From: a virus
Length of the DNA: 64,000 nt
IMG/VR virus record: IMGVR_UViG_3300020060_000011
Location: 375-64,374 of that record
Reading direction: 5' to 3' (one strand)
The notes beneath the pieces were generated by a model. The model searched no databases, had not been told where the DNA came from, and worked only from the letters and a program-made list of their open reading frames with translations. The position numbers were made by a program, and so were the translations under genes. Shown piece after piece: positions 19,339 through 29,286 of this stretch (positions within the stretch are counted from its first letter, which is position 1; each line of letters begins with the position of its first letter).

Positions 19339-20660
19339 GGGATCGCGATCCCGTTACGAATCACCGTCACTTCCGCGGCGTCGCTGGAGCGGCCGACGCT
19401 GTTGCTCGCCGGCGAGCGGATGCCGACGATGACCTGATTGATGCCTTCGAGCTCGCGCTGCGCGATCGACACACGCTCGCCGATGTCCATCTGGTAGCGC
19501 GCATTGGTCAACGCGACGACCTGGCCGGTCGGCAAGCCAACACACGGCTGGCCGTTCTTCGCCAACCACATAGGCAGCGGCTGCGCTGGAAAACCGTCGA
19601 TGCCGAACGCGGCGCCATCAACGTACGTCGGCATGCCGCGCACGGCGCCGGCGTGGTACGCGATCTGGTTCGATGCCTTCTTGATGTCGCCGTCGGGGCT
19701 GTTCAGGAAATAGGTTTTGTTGCCGGATGCGACGAACACGCCGGTGATCGCCGCGCCCGGCTGCGCCGGTGCGAACATGTCGATGTGCCCGGCGTAGGCG
19801 TGGTAGTTCTCTTCGATATCCGTAAGGCCGTAGAACTGCGGCTGCGACCACAAAAGCAGGTTGTCGATCGCGACCAGCAGCCGGCCGCCGGCGAATCCGG
19901 CGAACGCGCCGGCCGGCATGACGTCGAGACCGAACGTGTAGAGCGGGCGGCCAAGGCGCTGGTTCTGGATCGTGATGTCGAAGCCCTGCGCGAACGTGCC
20001 GTACTTCTTAAAGCCGCCGTCTCCGCCCGCGCTGGTCACGTAGACGTTGATCCGAAGGCCCGCGGCAAGGGCAGGGTCGGGCGCCATCACGGCGCGGATA
20101 CCGCCGCCGTTCGGCAGCTCGATCTCGGCCGCGACGTCAGCACCGCTCTCTTCACCCTCGATCGTCACCGCCGTGACCGCAACCTGGTGCCGGCCCGGTG
20201 CAAGCCCCCCGTCGACGGCCGACAACACTGGCTGCCCGGCCGGACGAGGGACACCCCAAGGGCGCACGCTGTCATCGGACGTGTCGACGCGCTGTGCGCG
20301 CACGCCGTCCGAGACGTAGACGAGGTGATTGACCGAGCAGCAGACGACGTCGGCGTCGGGCGCCAATCCTTCGTACAGCTCGATCAGGTTGTTCGTGTCG
20401 GGGTCGAAGCGGTACAGCGTGATGCCGTCGAGCGAAGTGCACAGCGAATACTCGCCGTCGCTCCACAGGTTCGCCGTCGGCAGCTCATTGACCTGGGTCT
20501 GCCCCTTGCGCCGGCGCACCTTGCCGGTGCCGGGGTAGACATCAACGTTGACGCCGCGGCGAAACGCGGTCGCCGGCACCGAGTCCTCGCGCGCAAGATT
20601 GTTCGCGCCTCGCGGGAAAGGCCCGATCGGAATCAGGTCGGCGTCGCGGGGGCGAGCCAC
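19335..20660 (-). CDS. podovirus tail nozzle / tubular protein B-like
   Basis: 441 aa directly downstream of the adaptor; N-terminal GANNL..NVD...G.VRRRKG pattern of nozzle proteins. Confidence 0.6.
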   Translation of the reverse strand: MARPRDADLIPIGPFPRGANNLAREDSVPATAFRRGVNVDVYPGTGKVRRRKGQTQVNELPTANLWSDGEYSLCTSLDGITLYRFDPDTNNLIELYEGLAPDADVVCCSVNHLVYVSDGVRAQRVDTSDDSVRPWGVPRPAGQPVLSAVDGGLAPGRHQVAVTAVTIEGEESGADVAAEIELPNGGGIRAVMAPDPALAAGLRINVYVTSAGGDGGFKKYGTFAQGFDITIQNQRLGRPLYTFGLDVMPAGAFAGFAGGRLLVAIDNLLLWSQPQFYGLTDIEENYHAYAGHIDMFAPAQPGAAITGVFVASGNKTYFLNSPDGDIKKASNQIAYHAGAVRGMPTYVDGAAFGIDGFPAQPLPMWLAKNGQPCVGLPTGQVVALTNARYQMDIGERVSIAQRELEGINQVIVGIRSPASNSVGRSSDAAEVTVIRNGIAIP

Positions 20661-21356
20661 TTACCACTCCATCGCGATCGGCGACGGGCGCCGGCGCTGG
20701 TTGCGCAGCTCGACCGCACGCTCGGCGACTTCGCTGTCGTAGCGCGCCTTGAACGACTCGGAGCGCGCCAGATCCAGCACGTCGGCGTCCTGCTTGGCGT
20801 ACGCCAGGTACTTCATGAAGTGGAGCATCAGCCGCTGGTCGGGCAGCTCGAGGAACGGCAGCGGCATGCCGCACAGGAGCGGCGTCGCGATCGTCACCGA
20901 GCACTGCAGCTCCAGCGTGTCGGCCTGCGTCGGCGTCGGCGCGATCACCAGCGCCTTGCGCTCACGGTCACGCGCGAAAGAGCGCGGGCGTCCGCGTGCA
21001 CGCAGCAATCCGCCACTCAGCTGCACGCCGTAGTCGCAGACCGTGCCGGTCATGATGTCGTCCTGGTTCGACTCGACGACCTGGCTGTTCGCCGTGACGA
21101 GCCGCGCAAAGCGGATATGCAGGATGTAGCGGGGCAGCGAGACGACGTTCTCGTCCACGACGACAGGGAGCTCTACGAGTTTGTAGAGCCCCTGCGTGTC
21201 ACGGGCGACGGCGTCCGCCGCCTCAGTCGCGTACCCGTAGATTTCGTGGTCCTTCCACAGATTCTCGCTGTCAGGCTCCGTGCCGGAGTCGTCGCCCTCA
21301 AGAGGGTCAGCGACTTCAATACGGAATTTGCAATTCAGCTCATCGGTGGTGAACAC
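20661..21356 (-). CDS. head-tail adaptor (tubular protein A / DUF6682-like)
   Basis: 231 aa; LW.DHEIYGY..EA and LMLHFMKYLAYAKQDAD motifs; position after capsid genes. Confidence 0.65.
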   Translation of the reverse strand: MFTTDELNCKFRIEVADPLEGDDSGTEPDSENLWKDHEIYGYATEAADAVARDTQGLYKLVELPVVVDENVVSLPRYILHIRFARLVTANSQVVESNQDDIMTGTVCDYGVQLSGGLLRARGRPRSFARDRERKALVIAPTPTQADTLELQCSVTIATPLLCGMPLPFLELPDQRLMLHFMKYLAYAKQDADVLDLARSESFKARYDSEVAERAVELRNQRRRPSPIAMEW

Positions 21357-21360
21357 GAAA

Positions 21361-21942
21361 TCATCCGTTGGTCAGACCGGAGTACCGGGTCAGGAGCTTC
21401 GCGCGCAGGTCGCGCAACGAAAGACCAGCGACCTCTTCGTGCGGCACGCCGAGCTCGTTCGCGACCAGCAACAGGTCGGACTTGCTCTGCGCGTCGAGGA
21501 TGTCGAGCACCTGCTTGGCGTGCTCGTGCAGCACGAGGTCATCGCCCTGCGACGACGCCGTCTGGAACTGCTGCCACACCAGCTTGCGTTCCTTCGGGTC
21601 GATGTCGAAGCCGAGGAGCTTGCTCAGTATGTCGAGCCGTGGCGCACCGCCGGAATCGAAATTCTTGGCGTTGTTCTCGGTAACGAGGCGCTGCATCAGC
21701 ATCAGCAGCATCGACTGGCGCAGCGTGCCGCGGAACTCGACCTTGGCCTTGGACGTGTCGTCCTGGACCGGAATGCCGGCGGTGTCGACCGGTATGCAGC
21801 CGCGGTTCATTGCCTCGCGCACTGCGTCCGGATGGACGAAAACCGGTTTCGGCTCTTGGCCGGGAATGCTCGCTTCGAAGTTGACGACGTGACCGCTGGT
21901 CGAGGCGAGGCGAAATTTCTGCAGTGAAATCATGTTCGGCAT
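21361..21942 (-). CDS. hypothetical head-region protein with C-terminal Rho-N/HeH-like helix pair
   Basis: 193 aa; SKSDLLLVANELGV...LSLRDLRAKLL. Confidence 0.6.
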   Translation of the reverse strand: MPNMISLQKFRLASTSGHVVNFEASIPGQEPKPVFVHPDAVREAMNRGCIPVDTAGIPVQDDTSKAKVEFRGTLRQSMLLMLMQRLVTENNAKNFDSGGAPRLDILSKLLGFDIDPKERKLVWQQFQTASSQGDDLVLHEHAKQVLDILDAQSKSDLLLVANELGVPHEEVAGLSLRDLRAKLLTRYSGLTNG

Positions 21943-22015
21943 GGGCTACCTCTGCTTGTAATGCGCGCCCGACTCCGCGGGCGCGCTTGGACGAAAAAGT
22001 ACGAGCGGCAAACGT

Positions 22016-22041
22016 GGACGCCGCTCGCAAAAGCGGCGTCC
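22016..22041 (-). terminator. hairpin downstream of capsid and decoration genes
   Basis: GGACGCCGCT / AGCGGCGTCC 10-bp inverted repeat; U-tract not immediately adjacent. Confidence 0.45.
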
Positions 22042-22053
22042 TGCCGCGCCCAG

Positions 22054-22440
22054 TTACGAAACCTGCGGCTCGTTGACCCGGTTCAGGCCGACGTACATGA
22101 CCGACGCGATGACCGCGCCGACCGTTGCCGTGCCGGTCTGTGCCAGGGTGACCGAGATCGTGCCGCCCGCCGGGTAATACTTGCCGACCACCGCCGTCGT
22201 TTCGCGCCCGAGCGACTTGATGTCCTGAGCGTTGACGAACACAGTCGTGCCGTCGGTGATGGTGATGGTGTTGGTCGTACCGTCGAACACGATCAGCGTG
22301 TCCGCGTAGATTTCGCGGACGTATGCGCCGGGCGGAATCTTGATGTCGTAGCCGGCAGCGGCGCCGATGTTCGCGATGCCCATGACCGGCGTGATCGCGA
22401 CGAGCGGGTACTGACGACCTGGAATTACGATGTTTGCCAT
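22054..22440 (-). CDS. capsid decoration / cement-like protein
   Basis: 128-aa beta-rich protein immediately after the MCP; GAGGAGG RBS. Confidence 0.65.
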   Translation of the reverse strand: MANIVIPGRQYPLVAITPVMGIANIGAAAGYDIKIPPGAYVREIYADTLIVFDGTTNTITITDGTTVFVNAQDIKSLGRETTAVVGKYYPAGGTISVTLAQTGTATVGAVIASVMYVGLNRVNEPQVS

Positions 22441-22450
22441 GTCGTCCTCC

Positions 22451-23557
22451 TCAGACGGCGGTGTCGACGCACAGAACGCCGAAATCTTCGGTGCTCTGCG
22501 TGTGCGTGTTGAAGAAGGTCGGCTTCTTGAACCCGTAGACCTTGCGACCCGCAATGCCGTACCGGTTGTTGTAGTCGTCCTTCTCCTCGTCCCAGCCCGG
22601 TGCGCCGATACCCATCGGGTCGGCGAAGCCGAGCGCCTGCGCGCCCATGAACAGGATGCGCTGCCCGCGTACCGCGCCGCCGCCCCAGGTGCTCGGGTGG
22701 AAGACGTTCCGGTACTCGAGGATGTTCAGACCGTCGATGTAGATGCCGCGCTTACCGCCGTGCGGCGTACCCTTGAAGATCGGGTTCGAATCACCGCGGG
22801 TCTGCGCCTGCTTCCACGCATCGAGGAAGTTCGTGTCCTGCTTCAGCTTCGCCATGCCGTCCGGCGTCATGAAGACGTTGTAGACCTCGACGCCGTCGTC
22901 GGAGCGGAGCGGCTTGAGGAACGTATTGACCGCGTACGCCTTGGCGTTGACGAGCATCGCCCAGGTCGGCGTGTCGGCGATCGCAACCTGCGTGGTGTCG
23001 CCGGCTTCGAGGCCGGTCGTCGCATCCCAGCGGCGATGACGTGCAGCCGTCGGAGCGGTCACGTCGGCCGCGTACTCGAGCTGCGGTAGCTGCGAGCCGA
23101 CGCGCGCCGTGCCATCGGTCTTGAACGTGTAGGCCACGCCCGAGGCGGTGAGGAAAGCCAGCTCGTCCATGACCTGCGCATGGCGATTGCCGACCTGGTC
23201 CTTGGCGTTGTAACGGAACTGCACGATCGACTTCTGGTCGGCCATGCGGCCCGTGTTGGCGTGCCCGAAGCGGATCTGATCGAACAGGATGACGTTCTCG
23301 TCCTGGCTCAGAGCCTCTTCGTTGCCTTTCAACTGGTTATCGCCGACCACGCCGTCGCCGGTCGCGTCATTGATCAGGGTGATGACCGCGCGGTTGCCGG
23401 TCTTGGTGAGCGTCAGCTCGGTGACGCGCTGGATCATGGAGTTCGCGCTATCGCCGGTGAACGGCATCACGAACGACTTGTTGCGGGCCTCGCTCCAGAA
23501 CCGGCGCGACCAGGTGGTCACAGCCTCGTCAGAAAGCGCGGCGAAATTGGTAAGCAT
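22451..23557 (-). CDS. major capsid protein (N4-gp56/DUF4043-like)
   Basis: MLTNFAAL..WSR.FW...R, GDGVVGDNQLKGNEEAL, G.KKP.F...EDFGVL..DTAV patterns; follows portal and scaffold. Confidence 0.9.
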   Translation of the reverse strand: MLTNFAALSDEAVTTWSRRFWSEARNKSFVMPFTGDSANSMIQRVTELTLTKTGNRAVITLINDATGDGVVGDNQLKGNEEALSQDENVILFDQIRFGHANTGRMADQKSIVQFRYNAKDQVGNRHAQVMDELAFLTASGVAYTFKTDGTARVGSQLPQLEYAADVTAPTAARHRRWDATTGLEAGDTTQVAIADTPTWAMLVNAKAYAVNTFLKPLRSDDGVEVYNVFMTPDGMAKLKQDTNFLDAWKQAQTRGDSNPIFKGTPHGGKRGIYIDGLNILEYRNVFHPSTWGGGAVRGQRILFMGAQALGFADPMGIGAPGWDEEKDDYNNRYGIAGRKVYGFKKPTFFNTHTQSTEDFGVLCVDTAV

Positions 23558-23703
23558 GAAAATATCCTCGCCAGAGGGAATAAGGGGGCTGGTGCGGATG
23601 CACCGTGCTTTGCGCCCGAATAACGCTCGGACTGGCGAGTAACACGCAGACTTTGAGCCGATCTGCTAGCGGTTCGGCGTGACGTGCCGAGGACGATACG
23701 CAA

Positions 23704-23732
23704 ACACTAGAACACCGCGCCTGCGTTGGCAA
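23704..23732 (-). promoter_or_regulatory. sigma70-like promoter upstream of the MCP
   Basis: TTGCCA-17 bp-TAGTGT on the minus strand with an AT-rich upstream tract. Confidence 0.55.
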
Positions 23733-23757
23733 GCGCGGAATATCTTTATTTCAAATG

Positions 23758-24165
23758 CTACAAATAGTCGCCGCTTAACTTTTTCTTTTCGCTTTCTGGC
23801 AGTGCTGCAAATTGGTCGTCGGTGAGGTCATGCACACGAACAAACTCGTGCCTAACATCGAGACGAACCGTAGTTATGCAGTCATAGCCGCTGTTGACGG
23901 TTTCCACGAGACCGTCGAGGCCGCCGCCGCGCGCCATCCATACTTTCAGAACGCGGTCCACGTAAGGCTGAAGCTGATCGTCGAACGTTCCTTCAGCTTC
24001 GATGGTGAGCGTGAGCCGCCGCTTATTCGGGTTGGCGGTGCCGTCTGGAATGACCCTAAGCACTTCCTCGCGCGGCCGCGTCGGATCGAATCGGACCGTG
24101 TCGTCAATAAGCACTTCGTAGGGAGCGAACACGCCGCTCTTCTTAGCTTCGGATACGGTGCGCAT
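23758..24165 (-). CDS. hypothetical protein ending in a scaffold-like C-terminal peptide
   Basis: 135 aa; ends DLTDDQFAALPESEKKKLSGDYL; coupled to the scaffold stop. Confidence 0.7.
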   Translation of the reverse strand: MRTVSEAKKSGVFAPYEVLIDDTVRFDPTRPREEVLRVIPDGTANPNKRRLTLTIEAEGTFDDQLQPYVDRVLKVWMARGGGLDGLVETVNSGYDCITTVRLDVRHEFVRVHDLTDDQFAALPESEKKKLSGDYL

Positions 24166-25313
24166 CAGAGGTAATCTCCGCCGAGCTCTTTCTTCTTGCT
24201 CTCGGGGAGCGCGTCGAATTCTTCGTCGGTGAGATCCTTCACCTGGATCTTTTTGCCGTCGGTCGACTTGTCCGAACGGTCACCCTTCGGCGGAATCTTC
24301 TTCGAGTCTTCTACATTTTTCTTAATGTCGGTTTTCTTGTCTGCGGGCTTTTCGTCCTTCTTACCGGCCTTTTCGTCTTTCTCTTCCTTGGCCTTCGGCG
24401 CCTGCTTGGCGAACGGGTCGACCTCGAAGATCATCGCCGCCGCGCGGCGCAGGGCGCGCGGACCCGTCATGCCCATCTTTTCGTACGCCGTGACCTGGAA
24501 GTTCAACTCCTTGACGACGTCCTCGTCGAACAGCTCGTGCTTCGGGTTCAGCACCGGGCGTGCTTCTTCGAGGAATTCGAGCATGCTGTCGAATGTCGTG
24601 TTCTGCTGCGCAGCGAACGCTTCCTGGCGCGCGTCGGCCTTCGCCTCGGCACGGATCGCCTGCTGATTCAGCTTGTCGATTTCGCGCTGCAGCGCCGCGG
24701 CCTTCTTGGTGTCGTTGTCCGCGCGCGCTTCCTCGACCTCCTGATAGAGCCCGGCGATCTTCGTTTCGAACTCCTCGGCAACCGCCTTGTCGTCCTTGGC
24801 CGTCGACTTTTGTGCCTTTTCGAGCTCGGTAACGCGCGCGTTGAGCAGCGCCGCCTTCTCGCGCGCTTTGTTGCGCTGATCTACAAGAGTGCGGATGCGG
24901 TGGTTCGAGCTGCCTTTGTCGTCCTTGTCGTCGGCGTCCTCCTCTTCTTCCTCCGTCTCTTCCTCGTTCTCTAATTCCTCGCCTTCGGCGTCCTTGTCGG
25001 CGTCTTCCTTGCCCTTGTCGCCCGCAGCTTTCTTGCCCGCTCCCTTCTTGCCGGCAGCGTCATCGGCATCATCGTCGGCGGCGTCGGCGTCGTCATCGGA
25101 CTTTTCCCCTTTTGCAAAACGGCCCTTGGTGTCGCGCGCCTTGTCGTCGGCGTCCTTGTCGTCGGCTTTGTCCTTGGATTTGTCGGCGGCTTTGTCCTTG
25201 CTGGTACCCTTGTCCTTGTCGTCAGCGTCGCCAGACGGAACGAAGTCGCTGCCATCGGCAGCAGTCTTCAGCTCGTCGAGCTCCCGTTCGATCTCGGTTT
25301 TTTCGATGGTCAT
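24165..25313 (-). CDS. capsid scaffolding protein
   Basis: 382 aa, highly charged with coiled coil, between portal and MCP; RDxKGRF motif. Confidence 0.8.
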   Translation of the reverse strand: MTIEKTEIERELDELKTAADGSDFVPSGDADDKDKGTSKDKAADKSKDKADDKDADDKARDTKGRFAKGEKSDDDADAADDDADDAAGKKGAGKKAAGDKGKEDADKDAEGEELENEEETEEEEEDADDKDDKGSSNHRIRTLVDQRNKAREKAALLNARVTELEKAQKSTAKDDKAVAEEFETKIAGLYQEVEEARADNDTKKAAALQREIDKLNQQAIRAEAKADARQEAFAAQQNTTFDSMLEFLEEARPVLNPKHELFDEDVVKELNFQVTAYEKMGMTGPRALRRAAAMIFEVDPFAKQAPKAKEEKDEKAGKKDEKPADKKTDIKKNVEDSKKIPPKGDRSDKSTDGKKIQVKDLTDEEFDALPESKKKELGGDYL

Positions 25314-27427
25314 GTTGAAGCTCCTGCTGGGGTTTTGTTTGTAGTTTTTGGCGGCTGCGCCGCCTTGGCGATCAGCGTCTGGATGTGACGCGAATTCTCA
25401 GAATCGATCTTGGTCAGCGAGACCGCAGTGTCGCGGTCGCTGGTACGGCGCTGCAGGCCGACCTTTTCGCGCTCCAGCCCCAGACGCTCGCGTTCCAGCT
25501 GCGCGTCCGAAGCGATGCGGTTGTTCTCGACGCGCTCGTACGCCGCATCCGGGTCGGTCTGTGATTCGATGGTCGCCTTATTGGCGCGCGCGGTATTGAG
25601 GTCGGCCGCGCTCTGTTCCTTCGTGGCCTTGGCCTGCAAGAGCTGCTGCTGGAGCGCAGCGTTCTGCTCTTCGAGCTGCTGCATGCGCTGCTGTGCCTCG
25701 TTGGCGTCGCCTTTCAGCATCTGGATCAGCTGCCCCTTGTTCGGCGCGTTCGAGAGCTCGATCATCAGCTCGTCGGGGATCTGGATACCCAGCTTCTCGC
25801 GGAGCATGACCATCTGCGCGAACTCACCCTCGGTCATGACCGAGCGCGCGGGCGAGGGCACCAGCACCGTCGTGTACTTGCCCTTCGTGACGTCGTTCAG
25901 CATCGTGCCTTCCGGCGTTGGCTGGTTGATCGTCACCGTCTTGAACTCGGGCTTGTACGTCGAGCCGCGGTTGACCATGATCGCGCGGGTCTCGGTGTAG
26001 GTCGTCTGCACGCAGTCGAGCACGCGCATCGCAAGGAGCTGCTTGGTGCGGTGCAGGTTCGACAGCGGCCCGGCGAAATTCACGTCGGACGCCGCCTGGT
26101 TCAGCTCGATCGCTTCGCCCGATACGTCCTCGCGCGCAAAGCCACGCGCGCCGTTCGGCACGCCGGACAGCGTACGCATGATCGTGTCGGCTTTCTGACT
26201 GAGACGATCGTGCGCCGGCGGCACCTGGTTCGGCTCGATCTTTTCCGTCTGGCTGACATCGTCCACTTCGAGGAACAGCCCCGTCATCGACCCGGCGACT
26301 TCCATTTCCTGCGGCGTGTAGTTTTTGATGTTGCCTTTCTTCGACTTCCAGCCGCTGTTCGCCGTCGTATTGATGATGTGCAATTCCTGCGACGTCACCT
26401 TGTTATAGAGCATCTGCGGATCGAGCAGATTCTCCACCGCGCCGATCGTCACCCCGTCGATGCAGGTCGGGAAGAACGGCACGACCGTGAACCATTTGTA
26501 CGGGCTATCCTCGTCGTGCAGGACCACGTCCTCGCACGTCACCGTCCAGCGCACGGTCTTGACCTTGCGCTTCATAGTGCTAAGACCTGGGGTCACTTCG
26601 AGCACGTGCGCGATGCGGTTGTGATCCCACGTCTCAGGGATTTCGTTCGTGTCGCCCGTCTCGGTGTCGACGAAGACGTTCTTCATCTTCAGGACGTAAT
26701 ACTGGCGATCGAGGATCTTCAGTGCGCGGACCAGCTTGTCGTCGATCTCGCCGTTGGTATAGCCGAGCGCGAAATGCGGCAAAGCGCCGAACTGTTTCGC
26801 CAGCAGCGAGTCTTCAAAGTCGAAGTACGTCGGCATGTTGGCGTGCTTCAGCGCTTCGGCCTTGTCCTTGCCGAACATGTGCTCGACATCGAGCAGGTTC
26901 GTCCACCGGCGCGTGTAGACCTGCGGCCAGGTTTTCGGGTCGTAGTCGGTGAAGCACGGATCAAGCACAACGTCGGAGCTGCGCAGGCCGCTGATGCAGA
27001 CGTCGCCCTGCAGCTGGTCGTCGTAGTCCACACGAACGTCGTAGTAGCCGCGCCCGGTGATGAGGCCGCGCTCGTAGACCTCCGTCTCGAGGAAATCGAT
27101 CGCGTTCTGGTTCTGAATATGCAGCCACAGCGCGTCCTGCGCCTGCGCCGTTTCGCTGGTCGCGCCGGACACCGGGCTGAAGCGCACGTCGTTCCGCAGC
27201 GCGCGCTGCACGCCTTTCATGGTGCGCACCAGCGACTCGATCACATTCAACGTCAGATGCGGTCGACCCGCCTTCTTCAGCTTCGAAACGTCTTCCTGCG
27301 ACCACTGGTTGCTGCGCCAAAACTCGAAGCAACGGTGCGCCTTTACCAGCCACTCGCTGTGCCCGTTGTCCACGGCGTATCTATAGTTCTCGTAGTTGAA
27401 ACGAGCGGTATCGAAGTCAGTTGCCAT
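25310..27427 (-). CDS. portal protein (P22/N4-like)
   Basis: MATDFD start; QWS.ED...L...GRP.LT.N, LLDPQ..YNK..S...H.INT.ANSGW motifs; follows TerL. Confidence 0.9.
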   Translation of the reverse strand: MATDFDTARFNYENYRYAVDNGHSEWLVKAHRCFEFWRSNQWSQEDVSKLKKAGRPHLTLNVIESLVRTMKGVQRALRNDVRFSPVSGATSETAQAQDALWLHIQNQNAIDFLETEVYERGLITGRGYYDVRVDYDDQLQGDVCISGLRSSDVVLDPCFTDYDPKTWPQVYTRRWTNLLDVEHMFGKDKAEALKHANMPTYFDFEDSLLAKQFGALPHFALGYTNGEIDDKLVRALKILDRQYYVLKMKNVFVDTETGDTNEIPETWDHNRIAHVLEVTPGLSTMKRKVKTVRWTVTCEDVVLHDEDSPYKWFTVVPFFPTCIDGVTIGAVENLLDPQMLYNKVTSQELHIINTTANSGWKSKKGNIKNYTPQEMEVAGSMTGLFLEVDDVSQTEKIEPNQVPPAHDRLSQKADTIMRTLSGVPNGARGFAREDVSGEAIELNQAASDVNFAGPLSNLHRTKQLLAMRVLDCVQTTYTETRAIMVNRGSTYKPEFKTVTINQPTPEGTMLNDVTKGKYTTVLVPSPARSVMTEGEFAQMVMLREKLGIQIPDELMIELSNAPNKGQLIQMLKGDANEAQQRMQQLEEQNAALQQQLLQAKATKEQSAADLNTARANKATIESQTDPDAAYERVENNRIASDAQLERERLGLEREKVGLQRRTSDRDTAVSLTKIDSENSRHIQTLIAKAAQPPKTTNKTPAGAST

Positions 27428-27429
27428 GA

Positions 27430-29286
27430 TCAGGCGGCCATGTGGGTAGTGTTGCTCGTTCCAGAGATTACGTCCTTCCAACTCTTCAACTTCGGCGGCG
27501 CGGCAGCCGACGACGGCAGCGACAGATTCATCGACAACCGCGCGCCCCAAGCCAGCATGTCGACGATGTCGTCGTGCGTGCCGTTCGGGAATCGCAGCAG
27601 CTCTTTCTCGACCTCGTCGTATATTTCCGGCCGCACCGCGTCGGAGTACGAGAAAATGAGCCGGTGGCGCTGCGTGCGACCTTGCAGCGGCCGCGCGCGC
27701 ACTTCCTTGTCCTGCATCGGCACCAGCGACTCGTCGAACGGCAAATACAGCCGCTTGGCGTCGAGCTGCTTGCGCAGGTCCGGCCAAATCGCTTCGTAAA
27801 TCTGTCCGCGCTCGCCGGCGAAGACCTCGGGATTCCACTTCTCGACCAGCCCAATGATCGCGCTGGTTATTTCCTGCGAATTCCAGCGACCGCGCACGAC
27901 GTCTAGGAGGTACAGATCGTCGGTGTCGGAGAGAGCGAACGCGCCGCCGACCGTCCAGTCCTTCTTCGACGTCCGTTTGCTAATGGCGAAGTCGAACGTG
28001 ATGAAGCGGCGCATCACCGGCAGGTACTCCGGCTGCAGCAGACGGTAGCGGAAGTCGCTCTTCTTGAAAAAGTCGCCGTCTTCCGGCGTAGGGTTCTGCT
28101 GGTAGAGCGCGGCCCACAGCGCCGAGCCGAGCGTGTGCTTGAGCTTCATCAGCTCAGTCAGCGGGTACCGCTCCGGGTGCAGCGCCTCACCCTTCTTGCG
28201 CAGCAGACGCGCTTCGACTTCGCCCTCCGGCGGCGCGCCGGGGAATATCTCACCGGTACTGAGCAACCACTCGTCGTCGTTCGCAACGGCGGGGTAGCTG
28301 ATAACGTCCCACTGTTCGAGCTCTTCCTCGGGGACACCTTGCTTGCGCAGCATCTCCTCTTTGGAGAGCTCTTGCCCCTGCACGTCGGCGTCGTGCCAGC
28401 GCGTGCCGATCAGCAAGATACCGCCGCCGGGCGCCAAGCGTGTGCGAAACACCGACTGGTACCACTTGTAGGCTTTCTCGCGGATGACCTCGGACTGCGC
28501 CTGCTCTTCGTCCTTGATCAGATCGTCGGCGATACCGATGTGCATGCCCTTGCCGTTGATGCCGACACCGACGCCGGCCGCTATGTAGCCGCCGCCCTTC
28601 GTCGTCTTCCATGCCTCAACACCTTCCGTGCGCAAGCGCGTGTCGCCGAACATCGCCGCGTACTCTTCATCGGCGATGCGATCGCGGATGTTGCGGCTGA
28701 ACTCGAGCGGCAGGCTTTGCGCGTAGCTCGCGCCGATGATGCCCCACTCTGGGTGCTTACCCAGCACCCACGATGGGAAAATGTCGGACGCCAATACGGA
28801 TTTTCCACTTCGCGGAGGCATAGCTATCATCAAACGCGGCGACTCGCCGCGCTCGACGCGCTCGACGAACTTTTCCAGCCGCCGGCATATATCCTGATGC
28901 ACCCATCCCGGCTTGTACTCCGGCTGAAACAAAACCGTGAAGAATACCAGCCGGCGCTTCGCCAACTCGCGGCGCGCCAGCTCACGATGGATGATCTCTT
29001 CGTTCGACTCCGGCACTTTCGTATCGGCCGGCTTGACCAAGAGGCGCGTCTGCGCCTCCGTGCGCCGCCCCTCGACGATGCGCTCGGCGGCGAACACCGC
29101 GTCGACGATCGCTTTCGTCGCATAGGCGTGGAAACGGCGGTACAGCGTGATCGTGCCTTCGCGCTTCTCGCAATGGACACAGAAGTCCATATAAAGCTGC
29201 TGCGGTTTCGTCGCGAACAGCCGGTACTCGTTCAGCGTACGATCCACTCCGCAGGCGCGGCAGGCGATTTTCAGCTCGTCGGTCAC
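27430..29286 (-). CDS. terL: terminase large subunit with N-terminal CxxC-CxxC extension
   Basis: Walker A MPPRSGKS, Walker B IGIADD, nuclease FITFDFA and FPNGTHDDIVD; GTGA overlap with the TerS stop. Confidence 0.95.
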   Translation of the reverse strand: MTDELKIACRACGVDRTLNEYRLFATKPQQLYMDFCVHCEKREGTITLYRRFHAYATKAIVDAVFAAERIVEGRRTEAQTRLLVKPADTKVPESNEEIIHRELARRELAKRRLVFFTVLFQPEYKPGWVHQDICRRLEKFVERVERGESPRLMIAMPPRSGKSVLASDIFPSWVLGKHPEWGIIGASYAQSLPLEFSRNIRDRIADEEYAAMFGDTRLRTEGVEAWKTTKGGGYIAAGVGVGINGKGMHIGIADDLIKDEEQAQSEVIREKAYKWYQSVFRTRLAPGGGILLIGTRWHDADVQGQELSKEEMLRKQGVPEEELEQWDVISYPAVANDDEWLLSTGEIFPGAPPEGEVEARLLRKKGEALHPERYPLTELMKLKHTLGSALWAALYQQNPTPEDGDFFKKSDFRYRLLQPEYLPVMRRFITFDFAISKRTSKKDWTVGGAFALSDTDDLYLLDVVRGRWNSQEITSAIIGLVEKWNPEVFAGERGQIYEAIWPDLRKQLDAKRLYLPFDESLVPMQDKEVRARPLQGRTQRHRLIFSYSDAVRPEIYDEVEKELLRFPNGTHDDIVDMLAWGARLSMNLSLPSSAAAPPKLKSWKDVISGTSNTTHMAA

